Shown piece by piece: positions 1-13,689 of a DNA stretch of 64,000 bases (the first letter of the stretch is position 1; each line of letters opens with the position of its first letter). The notes beneath the pieces are model-generated. The model saw nothing but the letters and a program-made list of their open reading frames with translations, was not told the origin of the DNA and ran no database searches. The stretch lies in the NCBI GenBank assembly GCA_002633005.1, contig NMRA01000338.1:404775-468774 (forward strand), written 5' to 3'. Position numbers and translations under genes: made by a program. Origin of the DNA: Phoronis australis. Lineage: Eukaryota; Animalia; Phoronida.

Positions 1-1422
1 AATGTTATGACGCACAGTGTCTGGTATCATGAACAGAGGAAGTTGTGAAAGAAGACAAGTCCTCAACCACAATTGATTCATTAATCACTGGTAATCTGAT
101 GCTTTGCAGGTTCAATCTTGTACTCATGGTGCCCTTTAACCACATATTCTCCAATTCTATTTTGCATTTTGTAGTTGGTTTCTTTCAGTCTCCCCAGCAC
201 GTGCTTCATGTGTTGTGTACTGCAATGTACTGTTGACCTATTTTAATAGGTTAGCTTCTCCCCTGACTTAGTTTCACTTCAGTTATTGTAGCTTGACTTA
301 TAAAATTAGTGATAATTAAGATAATTATAGACTGGAAATTCACTTTACATTATGAGTTAATGTTGAAATTGCTAAAAAGGTATAGGTTATATTGATCAAA
401 AACATGTTTTCACTGTATAATTAATTAATAATCTTGAGATTTTGATGACTCGTAATATTTGGAGCCTTTTCTTGGCCTAGGCAAATCGACTCAATTTAAA
501 CTTAAGAACACAAAGTTCTCAAAAACGTCTCGGTGATTTTCACTAAAACTTTTCTCAATTTTAATATTAACCAGTCAATCTTAAAAAAAGCTGTTTAAGG
601 GTTTTTCTTTTAAATGCCTCGTATTTGCGTACTGTAAGATAGACAAATATGACTGCTAGTTTTTAATGGTTTGTGAGTTCACTTGGCATAGAAACAAAAC
701 TAAATACTATATTAAGTAATCAAAGAAAATTCCTAAGGGCTGTTCCAGCAAAATCTGTGTGGGAGGGGGGGAAGGCAACTGAAATAAAAATTTATGGGTG
801 GTTGCGTTTGATTTAAATTCAAAATGGCTGGTGGTCATACTTCAAAAAAATAAAAATTTACAGGTCGTTGTTGTTTCATTGGGCCATAAATGTTTGATGG
901 TGAGTAATTAGTAAATTTTATAAACAATCCGCACAGAATCAAAAACGGAAACAAAAATGCAACTTGCAAAAAGCTCCGACTTTTTCACTCCCTCTGATTT
1001 CCCCATCAGCATGCCCATAACACCAGTCAACCACAGACGCTTGAATTTCTCGATGGCTAATAACCATATATAAGAAACATATGTTTTCTTAGTATTGAAT
1101 GACGTTAGTGGTGATGGAGGAACAGATAAACTCAAGCGCCTGTGCAGTCAACCACAAGAACAAAAAAAATTACGGGTGGTTGCATTTCAAACTTATAAAA
1201 AATTACGGGTGGTAGGCTGAAGAAATAAATGAAAAATATGGGTGGTGGGTGCNAGATCACCGAATAAAGTTGTGGATAACCTTAAAATGCTGTATTTACT
1301 TGTTAGTAGCTGAAATGAAGACTCACTATTGACGTCAAGTACTATAAATAATTAAAAATCCACTTCAATTACTATTTCCCAACACATCTGTGACTGTACT
1401 ATAATCTTGCTGGTATTTATAG

Positions 1423-4400
1423 GGACCAACCGTTACTTCAGAAAATGCGCGTCCAGATTCAATGTTCAGACGTCATTCGTGGATATGACTGATCTTTCTA
1501 AACTGGAGGCTGCTATCCAACCTAAGACCAAGGTGAGGATAACAGTGGCAAACAATATATAGTTGGCTTAATTTGCTCATTGTGAAAAACCTAGAATATC
1601 TCGATAAAAGAAATGAAAGCTAGTTTGTGAGTCACACTGTTAGTTTAGCAACATTCTTGAAGTAAAAATTAATAATTCTTCTTCTCGTTCAGAAAATAAA
1701 TGACTCACGGAAGCAGTAAGTTATTGAATGGAAAACCTGTATCTAATGAAAACATAGTAATGGCTTCAGAACCATGTAAAAGTCATAAATTTGGATTATA
1801 AAGAGATGAACTAGAGTATACTGTTGTGTCCCCCAATGGCAATTTATTTCTCTGGTACTTATTCAGCGCTGATTTTCATATGGCTTCTGAAGGCTTTCTG
1901 TTGTCGTGGGGGGTTGACACCAATGGACTATAAGAGTATTCCAACTCATTTTACTTCTAGCGCAGTCTTTATTCGATATTTTGCTTTGCTTGCCAGATTG
2001 TTCCATTTGCAATGGCTAACCACTCTCAGATTAATGTCTGGCACCTAAAGTTATCTCCCTTGCCTCCTAGATGGTGTGGATTGAAACTCCTACTAATCCC
2101 ACTCTCAAGATGATTGACATTCAGGCCGTCTGTGATATTGCTCATCGACAACCCAATGTCTTTGTCGTTGTTGACAACACATTCATGTCATCATACTTCC
2201 AGGTAAGTTCGTGCCAGGTGACTGGATTGTCTTTGTTTTGTCGACCGAATTCTTTGATCCATTGTAGCATTATTTGGGGTCCATTTTACCAACAAACGCA
2301 GTGTCGCATCTCAGTTGCAACGGGCTTCGTGTCTGGTAGCCTTCAAAAATACCTAAGACAAGCCTTTTGATAATTATTTAATTTAAAATACCTCTTTACG
2401 CACTGTTCTCCTAATACAGTTAGGGGTTGTTTTTATAAGTTTCCACTTATGCAGGAAGCAGATTGGAAGATTTCACTCATGTGGAATCTAATGATGTCGT
2501 GTCCCCATGAGTCATAATCAGGTGATTAGTGTAATGGGCCGCGGCCTTGTGGCCTAAACACGCCTAATGTACCACAAGAGGCATCAGGCCACCTGCACTC
2601 TTTCTTATGCATGAGGGGCTATCAAATAAAACTGGGTAGTTAATGCAGACGTTTTCAATATTAATAGTAAGTTAGTGCTTCTTATTTTAGGTGATAACAC
2701 ATTTGGCCAAACGGAGTTATTAAATGTTTGATTGTTGTCTGAGTGACTTCAGTTTGAAGTTTTTATTTTGCCTTCGACATTCACAGTTTAATCTCTTTGT
2801 GTTTAGCGCCCTTTGGATTTTGGGGCGGATTTAGTGATGCACTCATGCACAAAGTACATGAATGGTCACAGTGATGTTGTGATGGGTGCCGTGGCAACCA
2901 GCTTGGATGGCATCGCTGAACAACTGCGCTTCCTTCAGAATGGTAAGTATCGACTAAAGCCACAGTTTGCACCTCAAACCGTTTTAGTATTTCTTGCAAA
3001 ATAGACAGTTTGTATTTGTTGACTTGTTTCAGCAAGACTTCAAAGTCCTTTTTGAGACTTTTAACAGAAGTTAAGACGTTATGGTCACATCAATATGGTT
3101 AAACTCTGCAAAGACTTAAGACTTCATATTTTGAATTACGTGTTTGGAAAAGGAACTGTACGTAACTCGACAAAGTTGTTATACGTGTCATAGACAGTTC
3201 TTCATTTCAGTTCTGCTTGTGAATGTTATTTACAACTTATCTTTTATGTTCAATTTATTTAGTTGCAATACAGTACGTTGTTTGTTCTGTGTGTTTCCCA
3301 AGTCAGAGTGTCCTCTGTTTTGTTTGAAAAGTAAAATTAAGGACAGCAGCTTTCATATCTGCTGATATTTTTACATCCTCTTAAATAACCTCATTCTCAC
3401 AGGCAAATAAAGTGTCATTGTCACTTTTTTGATTTGAGCTCTAATATCAGGACATTTGTTTTTGGAAGGCGTGGTTTGTTTCATAACAGCCCTGTCTTAA
3501 GTTGAAAATTCTGTCTGCAAAGTGCTGTCCTGAGACTGAATTGTAAAAATATATTACTACTATGTCTAGTCCAAGGTGACTGTGGGAAATAGCAGAAGAA
3601 AGAAAATTCACGTATCTCTTCTTGTTTGCAAAACAGATTGCAGTAAATCTAATACATTGTAGCCATTGGTCCGGTGTCCTCACCTTTTGACTGTTACCTG
3701 GTCAATCGTGGTCTAAAAACTTTGCATGTACGGATGAAGGAGCACATGAAGAATGGCCTACAGGTGGCGCACTACCTTGAGAAGCACCCCCTGGTGGAGA
3801 AAGTGAACCATCCAGGTGGGTGGAATATCAGTGGTTTTTGCTAACGGTTATTTTGTTGTTTTGTTGTTATTATTATTTCTAGTTTGAATTTTATGAATTA
3901 AAAACAATACCATCTGGATGCATGGTCAGGGTATGTAAATGCTTGCAAGTTGCAAAGCATCAATGTTTTTGGTAGATTATGTAATCCAGGAAATTTTTAA
4001 CCACCCATCTTAAAAGTACTTTTCTTGTTTATCTGATGTTGGATAATTCAGAATTTGTTTTTTCATTCTTGGTTGTTTTGGAATATTGACTGTGGCCAAC
4101 AAAGCATGATTGCCTCACAGGAATTTGAGATTGCTGAATTTCCAGAGATTTTGAATATTTGAATTAACGTATTTATGTATTATTTATTTGAAATATTTCA
4201 GCAGATTGTCTGTCTCATGCAAAACATTTCAGGACTCCCTTCCCACCCTCAGTATGAACTAGGCAAGCGCCAGATGAGAGGCTATAGTGGAATGGTCACA
4301 TTCTTCATAAAGGGGGGTGTCAAGGAAGCATCAGAATTTTTGAAGAATCTAAAGGTTTGAAACAAGGTTGTTTCCTACTGCCCTTTTTAATCGAGGTCCA

Positions 4401-6258
4401 GAATTTCTTGACCTTAGTTCAAGAAATGTCTCTGTTGCTATGGTTACTGCTTGCGCAGACACTCCAGTAATATCTTATGTAATGTTGCAGTGTTTCTAGT
4501 GAAAGCTATTGTAATATACTTTATGATCCAGATAAGTGCAACCACAGCTCATCACTTATCTCTACTTTTCAAAGATAAAATTTGTTTCCAGATATTCACT
4601 CTCGCTGAAAGTCTTGGAGGCTTCGAAAGCTTGGCAGAACACCCGTAAGTTTTTTGATTAACTCATTGAAATCAAGCTTGTTATAGCAAGTATTGTCAAA
4701 CCTCTAAGAAACGGGGATTAGAAAGAGACTTTTTAAGACAGTTGTTTTGCCTTTGAAAAGATAAAGCAAGCGTTGTTTGTGTTATCTTAAGTCAAAATCC
4801 AGATCCTTGGTTATCTTGATACATTGTTCCATTGTTATATACTGGCCTCATAGTGAGTATGTAATATCTAACAAGGTAGTCCTATTAACCACACAAAAGC
4901 CATCACTTGAGTGAAATATTGTGTCGCAGTATCAACAGCTTGTAATTTCAGTTTTCACAAACGTTGATTTATAACTCTGCATCTACGTTTGGGTTAGTCA
5001 TCCACTGCAATATCCTGTATTGATAACCAATTCTTTTATACCAATTGAACCTGCCACCCACGTCATTATAAAGTCCTTAAGTAAGACAGACTGTACTGTT
5101 GCCATTGCAGGGCCATCATGACTCATGCATCTGTTGCTAAGGAGGAGAGAGACAAAATCGGAGTCACCGACAACCTTGTCCGATTGTCTGTCGGTATCGA
5201 AGACATAGATGATATAATTGCAGATATTGACCAGGCACTCAAGGCTGCTGTAAGTGTTTAAAGTCGCCACACTGTGCTGTAGGCTAAGTACAACTGATTA
5301 CATGCTATCGAGTTAGACTTGGAAAGAAATTTGTTTCTTGTTATGTTTTGTCATTAGTCAGTCCATCTCGTGCGTACTATTTCTGTCACTAAATTGACTT
5401 ATTCCACGAGGTTTTGTTACGCAGACCCTAAACTGAAACCTTCACCAAAACATACGACTCGTCGTTACTCTCCATACGACTGGTCGTTACTCTCCATACG
5501 ACTGGTCGTTACTCTCCATTTAGACTCTGTAATCTCATGTGTAATGTAATGTTACGAAATTTTAATGAAACTGGTTCCAGTTGGTCTTGAAATGTTATGT
5601 GTCCTGTGATCCAAAATGAAACTGGTTCCAGTTGGTCTTGAAATGTTATGTGTCCTGTGATCCAAAATGAAACTGGTTCCAGTTGGTCTTGAAATGTTAT
5701 GTGTCCTGTGATCCAAAATGGCTGTTCTTTTCCCGGCAGCCGTTGGTTACTTCACCTCAAGTGTTAGTCACACTGTGACGGGTATTAGCACTTGCTTCTT
5801 TTTACGGTTGACTGGGGAGCATTTTTCGTTTTAAAGGTATGCATTCTAGTGTTTGTGTAATACATGTTCGGGAGATTGGCTGAATCAGCGTTGTAAAACT
5901 TGTTTTTGTACACAGACATGAACGCGCCAGGAATCTGATTCATGAAAGTGATTTATGACAGACATTAAGTTTTACCTTCCCTCTTCACAATTGCTGAAAA
6001 ATTGCCAAGTAAAAATGAATGCAACACAGGCTAGAAAGAATTTATGTAAATTGTCTCACTATTTTGCAGTTATATGTTGTATATTCTCAGAGGCTTTGCA
6101 TTTTTGCTCAAGTGAGATTTAATTATTTTTCAAAAATAGTTGTGTGGAGCGTAAGACCAAATTTCTGTCTTAAGTCACTTTTCATGAAACGAAGCCCAGG
6201 TATTGCCTTGTTATTAGCTGTAGGTTATGAATTATTTTGTTTGCAGGTGAACCATTGA
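1423..6258 (+). CDS. CTH: Cystathionine gamma-lyase, spliced, 5'-partial (upstream exons lie before the window)
   Basis: GT-AG exons joined by hand in consistent phase: 1423-1532 (GTNRYFRKC...IQPKTK), 2071-2202 ([13 protein letters not shown]...[11 protein letters not shown]), 2807-2942 (RPLDFGAD...[19 protein letters not shown]-lysine motif), 3663-3815 ([19 protein letters not shown]), 4233-4354 (GLPSHPQY), 4592-4644 ([17 protein letters not shown]), 5111-5249 (AIMTHASV...RLSVGIED...DQALKAA). The terminal exon is uncertain: 6247-6258 (VNH*) or 5425-5436 (TLN*). Confidence 0.95.
5451..5519. repeat. 22-bp minisatellite, about 3 copies
   Basis: catacgact(c/g)gtcgttactctc repeated three times. 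Confidence 0.9.
5564..5720. repeat. 51-bp minisatellite, 3 identical copies
   Basis: aatgaaactggttccagttggtcttgaaatgttatgtgtcctgtgatccaa x3; the unit contains the hairpin AACTGG-TT-CCAGTT. Confidence 0.9.
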
Positions 6259-9200
6259 CATTGGAGGGACATTGTTAGCTCTTCATTGTCATGGCTGAAG
6301 AAGTGACGAGAGTGACCGTCACGTGAACTGTATTGATCAAGTACAGAATAGCCACTCATTAAAACACGCAGCACACAATGTATTACACGAGAGTCAGATT
6401 TTTACCTTAATTCTGTAATTCAGTATTGATGGAGACGGATTCATTTCTGCTACAATATCAATGCAAAATAAATGACGGTATTTGCGAGTCCTAGTTCTGT
6501 AATAGTTGTATGTGGACAATGTATTCTATGCATCTTGTGGAGAGATACACTTTCCTTATTTTAATGACAACTCCTCATTAATACCTTCACTCTGTACAGT
6601 GCTATTAATGTACAAAACGGTGGTTCCTGTTATTGGAGAAACCTCAAAAACCTGACAAATGTTTTTCATGGACGGAATTTCTTTAAAAATTAACAAAGCT
6701 TTAAAGTTCATTAGATTTTTCATCGAATAAGCGATTAAGTCGCCTTTTTGAGTAAATCACAAATTCTTGAATTAGGATTCTTTTAAGCTTGGCAAGTCAT
6801 TAATAGTATGAGTCTATTTTGTGGATTCGTAGTATTCTTAAACTAAGGACGAGTAAGAGTATGAGTAGGAACAAGGGATGTGTTGAGGTTGCACAGATTG
6901 TTGAATGTTTTGTTGTATACTCCTGGTCTTGTCTAATCTGTCCTGACAATCTTCAGATATTTGGAGGAAACATTTGTCCACAACGTTCTTGATTGGTGAA
7001 TTGTCATTGTTATGGGGTAGACTTAGCGTTGATTGAGGTTGCAGCCTGGAATAGTATTTAGGACATTCTATTGTTGATTTTATTGCATATTAACAGAGGG
7101 ACTTTATTTTATATGTGTTTGTGTTGAGAGATAACTAATTGTACTGTATGTATACAGGTTTTGTTTTGTTGCAGTACATTGTATTTGTTTGGCAAAGTGT
7201 TATTTATTAGTTCTCATCCAGCATGACTTGATGTGTTGAAGTTTATTGACACTGATCAATTGGGCATTCTTTCACTCCTAGAATTGCATTCTGGGATGAA
7301 CTTGGGGTCAAGATTTAAAGGCACAGTGCTGCAGTTCTTTTCATTGTGAGATAAGCAAGCTTGAAGTTCAAATCAGTACACTAAACATTTCACTATTCTT
7401 GTGTGTTATCTGGCAAATTGTAGTAAAAATATAACCTTTATCAGCTACGGTTTGTTTAGTTGAGTGGTTTACCCTGGTTTCTGTGTGTGTATGTAAAACT
7501 TCACTGCATTAATTCAACAAGCCAATAGGTATCCCTGTCAGTGCTTAGTGAAGACATTGATTATGCATGATTGTGCTAACTTTTGTGGCTATTATAGCCT
7601 CCGAAATTTTATTAATTTAATATACCTGTTAAGGACGTTCCATGTCAAATGAATAGTAGTGACCTCAGATGACGGCTGGTGTTCAGGGGTGTGTTTACAA
7701 CATTCCAACTAACTGTAGCCAGGCATTATTTAGTAATGTTGATCAATACAATCATAGTGTGATATTTTTAACAACGAGAATTGATGCTTGAATGGTGCGC
7801 ATATTTCTAAAAGAGCAAATAAATGGTAAAGTGCTGAGTTTGTGTTTTTCGTTTACTTGGTTATCCATGTTTTGCAGGTAACCTCACTCAATCCTAACCT
7901 ACCTGGTCACATCAGTTTCCAACATTTTAAAAAATTGATTTTTCAGTAACTCATATGAAACTATGATTTTTCAGTAACTGGTGAAACTACAGTATATATT
8001 TTTAAAACCCTTGGTGGTTACAGAAACGCACGTGCACAAGTCATTTTGTTAGAATGTTAATAATGAAAACCAAACCCGTTATGTTTGAAAACGTATCGGT
8101 GCTGTATGAAGAAGATTTGTTCCTGCGTCATTCGGCCACAGACCAACTGGTGACTCGTTCACTTTACATGAAATGAAGGTTTTGTCGTCTTAAACACGTA
8201 TCTAGGCAACATTTTTACGTACTTATCATCCAGATATAACACATAAAAACAATCACCTGAAACATCTGTCAAACATTTCTCTCTAAGGTTTTCATAAAAA
8301 GAATAGTTGAGAAGTAAATGGCTTTCTGACTTTTCCTCCAGTCAAGCATAGCTCACAAAACCTTTGTTCTTTTGGTACACCATGTTCACGCCTTTTTTCG
8401 ATTCGTTCCCGTTGTGGTATCTCAATTCTGAAAATGATTGCGGATCACACTTCTATCATGCGAAAGTCTCTTAGCTTTGGATATGCCATCAAGAGTCTCG
8501 TGACAAGAGCGAGGCACAAAATGAATTGGTCTGGCAGTAATATTGCGTGACAGGCATGATCGACAGTGTGCAGCTATCAGAATTTTGCGTGACCTTGGTT
8601 TCACTGCATCATGGGGTCCGTGGCTTTCATTAATCTGCAGACTTTGTCGAAAACCGCATGTCTTCAAGTCATATTCACAGCCTAAGAATGACTCTAAGCG
8701 TAGGGTCAATTTTTGGTCGGTTCCATAACCTGGGTCTCCGTGCAGCAACGGATACGCGCCACTCGTACCCTGACTCGTCAGTTTCAGATGAGCTGTGCCG
8801 GAATTATTGAAATGGGTTCTCGAGAGAGGTGTAGATTTTGCAGAATTCCATGCATGTGGAAACGTCAATATATTATGGAAGTCTAAAAGCACATTCGTTT
8901 CCAATAAACTGTGCCCTTAATTTTGAATGAGTTGAGGAAATTTACTATGTAATGATATGCTAACTGATATCACTGATTTCACTGACAACGAAAACATAGA
9001 GTGACATGTAAGGAAGTTACGAGCGGAAATAGAGTTTTCAATATTGGCGGTCTTTCAATCAATCAAACAATTTTGTGCCTACAGTAAAAGCCATAGGCCC
9101 AGCATTTAAATATTTAAGCACGTAACAAGTTCTCACGTAGTTGAAATGCTGAGAAAACATATTTACAAACAGGATTAACAAGTTTTTCATTTTCATTTGC

Positions 9201-10699
9201 TGACTTTTGTTTAATGATTTCATTTAGGGAGGTGTCCTTATAGTAACGGGAGTCAATGTACATTTCTTTAAGTTCAGTAGATGTATTACAATTAAAAAGA
9301 AAATGACATTCGTCCCCAGCAATTAGACAGAAGAGACAACAATAACTTGAAAATTGGTTTCATTTAAAAATTTGATCATAAAAGCATGGGTTCAAATATC
9401 CCTTCATTGCCTTGTATTGAAGCCATATAGGCTCAAGTAGAGTTTCGAATAATGGCGACTGTAATTTGTATAAATTATGTAAATTCAGGATGTATCCACA
9501 TGTAAACCAGCTTCATTAAATTCAGACTGCGTTGTCAAGTTAAGAAGCTACGAGCAAAATAAAGGTTTGTAAAACGTGCGGTGTTAAATTCCATCTCTAA
9601 AAATGCCCTAAGATTACAATCCAGACACAAGGGACCGCTTAGAAAATTAACAATCAAGTTTGCTACCAAAATGTCTATGTACCCGTTCAAGCCACTTCAC
9701 GTTGATTACAGAGGTACATGTTTGATTCACGTAAAAGTGCTGTAGTATATATATATGTAACTGTACTAGACTACCAGCTTTCAAATGCGTCATTTGCAGA
9801 CTTGTCCAATGATCATGTCAAAAAGTGTTTTGTTCTATCATGTGGGTAACGATACAGAATATGATGTAAATGCTGACTCTTTGTACGCATCGTAACATAA
9901 GTAAACGTGATTGCAACGTCACCTGAGAAAAAATAAAAAATGAGATGGTAATGTTTTAGTTTAGTTTTTATTTCGTAAAATAAGTAAGAGGTCAGTCCAT
10001 AATAAATGTTCGCAGTTAAACGCCAATCACTGGCGCTCCTTCGCGTTTGTTGCAAAATAGACAGTACGTGAGAGAAAAAAAGCCATTTGAACTTCACCGG
10101 CTAGACAAAGTAGTCTATTATTGTTCGAACCAATTCGTCCGTCTTTGGGAAGCTTAATTTGAGTTCTGAGTCGCGGATTGGTCAGGATTTACGGCCGTGT
10201 AGTCTTCATATACAAGGTACTGGCCCTCTTTTACCTCAGAGTTCGGATTACAGGGGATGCCAAAGTGCGGCATTTCTCTGAACTCTGCAGTTTAGTAACG
10301 TTGGACCTACTGATAAATCCGGCACGAAGAAACCGCTACTGCCCATCTTCACACAGGCGTATTTGATTATCCAAAGCAACGCCAGGTGAGCGTTTTTATC
10401 CGTTCTTTGAATTTCAACTAGTTGCTACAATGTGCCTGGAACCCTTCCGGCACCCTTGCTGCCTAGCTAACCCACCATGACAAAACACTTTAAAATGGTC
10501 TCACCTGTTAATTAGTTCTCAAGTCCAGGATGCAATTGTAATTAGGCTAATATCAAAACAGTAAGTTGCATAAAGTAAAAGTTGCCTTTGACAAAAGATG
10601 TCGGCTTTCTGCCTGAAGTCAATGCGAGTCACACGTTTGTGCACAAATGGTAACATTAATGAAACCGCTTAATCTTGTTCCAGGTAAGCTATTTTCGCC

Positions 10700-12216
10700 A
10701 TGGTGACTTTGTTGGGCTTTTTGAATTTCGTCGTTGTTCTCACGTCAGAGGTTGTCGTCGGTTACCCAGCAGACCAAGACCCCGTGAGGAATACAGTAAA
10801 GGGGCCAGTCAGAGGCAAATTTCAAATAGTCTTGGGTCAAGTCGTAGAGACGTATTATGGTATACCCTTTGCTAAACCCCCTACAGGTGAACTGCGGTTC
10901 AAGTATCCAGAACCAAACGATCCGTGGACTGATCCAGTCGATTCTACTGAATTACCAAACTCGTGTATACAGGGCAACGACACGTTTTTTGACAATTTTT
11001 CTGGTTCCACTATGTGGAATCCTAACACGAACGTTTCAGAAGACTGTTTGTATTTAAACGTGGTCGTGCCTAAGACACCTGCAAAACCCAAAGCTGTTAT
11101 TGTTTGGATATTTGGGGGCGGGTTTTATAGTGGATCTGCAACGCTAGATGTCTATGATTTGAAAATATTGGCGGCGGCAAACAACATTGTTGCAGTGTCT
11201 ATACAGTACCGTGTAGGGGCGCTAGGGTTTTTGTACCTAAACCACTCTCAGGCACCGGGCAACGCTGGAATGTTTGATCAGCTCGCAGCCTTGAAGTGGG
11301 TGCAAAACAACATCAGATATTTCGATGGAGATCCCAGCAATGTAACGTTGTTTGGAGAGAGCGCTGGCGCGGTCAGCGTCAGTCTGCATCTACTATCGCC
11401 GCTCAGTCGTAACACATTTAATAGAGCAATAATGAATAGCGGCTCTGCGTTGGCCAACTGGGGAAGTGAAACCCCCGAAGGAGCTATATACAGGGCTAAT
11501 AAAGTGGCAAAGAATCTCGGGTGTCAGAGAAAGGATGTGGGCGAAATGATACGCTGCCTTCGACAAATTCCAGGCAAAAAGATCGTTGAAGCGGAATGGA
11601 TCTCCAGCGGAATTTGTCAGTTTCCGCACTTACCCGTTGTCGATGGCTCCTTCCTTATCGAAACGCCAGAAATGTCACTGAAGCGCGGAGACTTCAAGCG
11701 TTGTCCCATAATTGTGGGTAATAACCTCAATGAAGCGTCTTTCTTCCTCGTTTATGAATTGAGCGACTTTTTTAAGCTGTATACAGAAAGCGAGATCACA
11801 AGAAGAAACTATAGCATTATTATGGATCATTTATTTGACGTTTATCCCAGGTGGCCCCGTAAAAACAACAGGTTTGGCTTGGAAGCTATAAAGTTTCAAT
11901 ACACCAACTGGAAGGATCCAAAAGACAAGATCTTACTGAGGGATTCTGTAGAAGCGGCGGTCGGTGACGCCTGCTTTGTGTGTAATGTTGTAGCATTTGC
12001 AAAATATTACGCAGATGCTGGCGTAGATGTATTTTACTACTATTACACGCATATTTACTCCCAAAATCCCTGGCCTGTCTGGATGGGTGTGATACACGGC
12101 TATGAACTAGTTATGATGTTTGGAGAACCTCTTCGAGAAAACTCGAGATATACCTGTGAAGAAAAAGAGTTTAGCAAGAAAATAATGAAGTACATCACCA
12201 ACTTTGCCAAAACCGG
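10700..12216 (+). CDS. ache: Acetylcholinesterase (invertebrate ace-1-like), large first coding exon: signal peptide plus most of the catalytic domain
   Basis: 506-aa ORF with a hydrophobic N-terminus, GSTMWNPN (choline-binding Trp), SEDCLYLN, WIFGGGFYSG (oxyanion hole), FGESAG (catalytic Ser), NEASFF (catalytic Glu), WMGVIHGYE (catalytic His) and EW..GICQFP resembling the ace-1 acyl pocket. Phase-2 donor GG|GTAAG after 12216. A probable 5' UTR exon ends at donor 10385, with acceptor at 10683. Confidence 0.95.
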
Positions 12217-13495
12217 GTAAGAATTTAACGTTGCAGCCTTAAACCTTTTTAACCTGAACCTTTTAGTTTTATTTAAAAGCATTCGCTTGAATTAGCAACC
12301 AACGAAACTTTTAGCAATGTTATTGGCTGTTATAAATGAAGAACTCGGTATTTGATGAAAAGTGCGGAAATCTCAACTTGGCAACGAGTTTTTGAACTGG
12401 AAGACTCTGATAGTTAATTGTGACAGACATTGTTCTTATGTAACTTACAGAAAACTGAAAATAATTCGTACATTTCATGCACAATTCTCTTGTTTGGAAG
12501 TTTGGACGACCGTGAAAGTTAAGTTTTATCGATAGCCTGTAGTGCGCGAAACCACGGTCACTTGTGACATTAGTTTTGTGCACGTAGGGGTTGACAAGCA
12601 GTTACATGTATGCCAGTGCAGAACTATGACCTTATATTAGATGATGAAAGTCGCTACTAGTTACTTCAAAATCGTACTGAACTGTCTCACTAGTCATGTT
12701 CCAAGCCCAAAAACAACCAGTTTTATTTCGGTAAATCGTCTAATTCCAAAAATGAACATAAGTTCCTTTGTCTGAAAGCGGGTAAAAATCTTAATTTCCT
12801 GTGACCATCGGTGAAGTCTCAGTCTGCAACAGAAAGGCGACGGTTATTTTAGCAGTTAGAAAATCCCCTTATACATACATGTAGGCCAACAATTGGTGCT
12901 ACTGAAATATTCAATCGACCATGAAACCATGAAAGTCTTGGCATTCGCACACAACTGGCAAAAGAAATAGGTTTTCTGCACTTCTACAGAAACGTTGAGA
13001 CATCCAGCGACTGTGCTAGCGGACTAACGTGCTGGCGTAACTGAACAGTGAGACATTAGACCTTAGTTCTCAAGTAATTGTTGGCGAAATAACGTCAGAG
13101 CATTTGATACATCGGCCAATAGTACAATTCGTTTTTTCTTGAAATTGAAATAGGCGAAAACTAAATATTTCGGTAAGCCAAATGCTACAACCCCGATCCA
13201 TGGCGATTGATGAGAATCCGACCAAAGTTGTACATTATACTGACACGTGTTAAACAGGTTTAAACAATTTACATGTATACAATATTTGAACAATAACACC
13301 CAGTCAATTGAGAGAAAGGCCACTCTTATCGATTTAACTTCTGCATTTCAGAAAATGCACTGTGCCTAAAACAGAAGACTCTCTGAACAGAAACCAATGA
13401 ATTTTTACTTTATCTACATCAAAGAAATTCAAGAATTGTTATGTGTATGGCGGTTATTTAAGTGTAATGAAGAAAATGTATGTCCTCTACTCCAG

Positions 13496-13689
13496 AGACC
13501 CGAACCATGAACTAGGCAAAAGGTACCTGAACGAATGGCCCCTTCATACCTCTTCACGAGGAGAGTACCTGGAACTCAATCCTAAACATTTGTACAACAA
13601 TAACAAGGCAGCAGCAGTGGGGCGCCATTTAAAAGCACGAGAGTGCGCACTTTGGAACAGCTACCTGCCGCAGCTGGTGAATGGCATAG
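13496..13689 (+). CDS. ache: Acetylcholinesterase second coding exon (end of catalytic domain)
   Basis: Acceptor tccAG|A completes TG-DPN. Encodes EWPLH...EYLEL...ECALWNSYLPQL (conserved cholinesterase C-terminus with last disulfide Cys). Ends at phase-1 donor G|GTAAG. Confidence 0.93.

Noticed and set aside
8422-8904. 160-aa minus-strand ORF between CTH and AChE
   Set aside because: No recognisable domain or splice structure; probably inside a repeat remnant.
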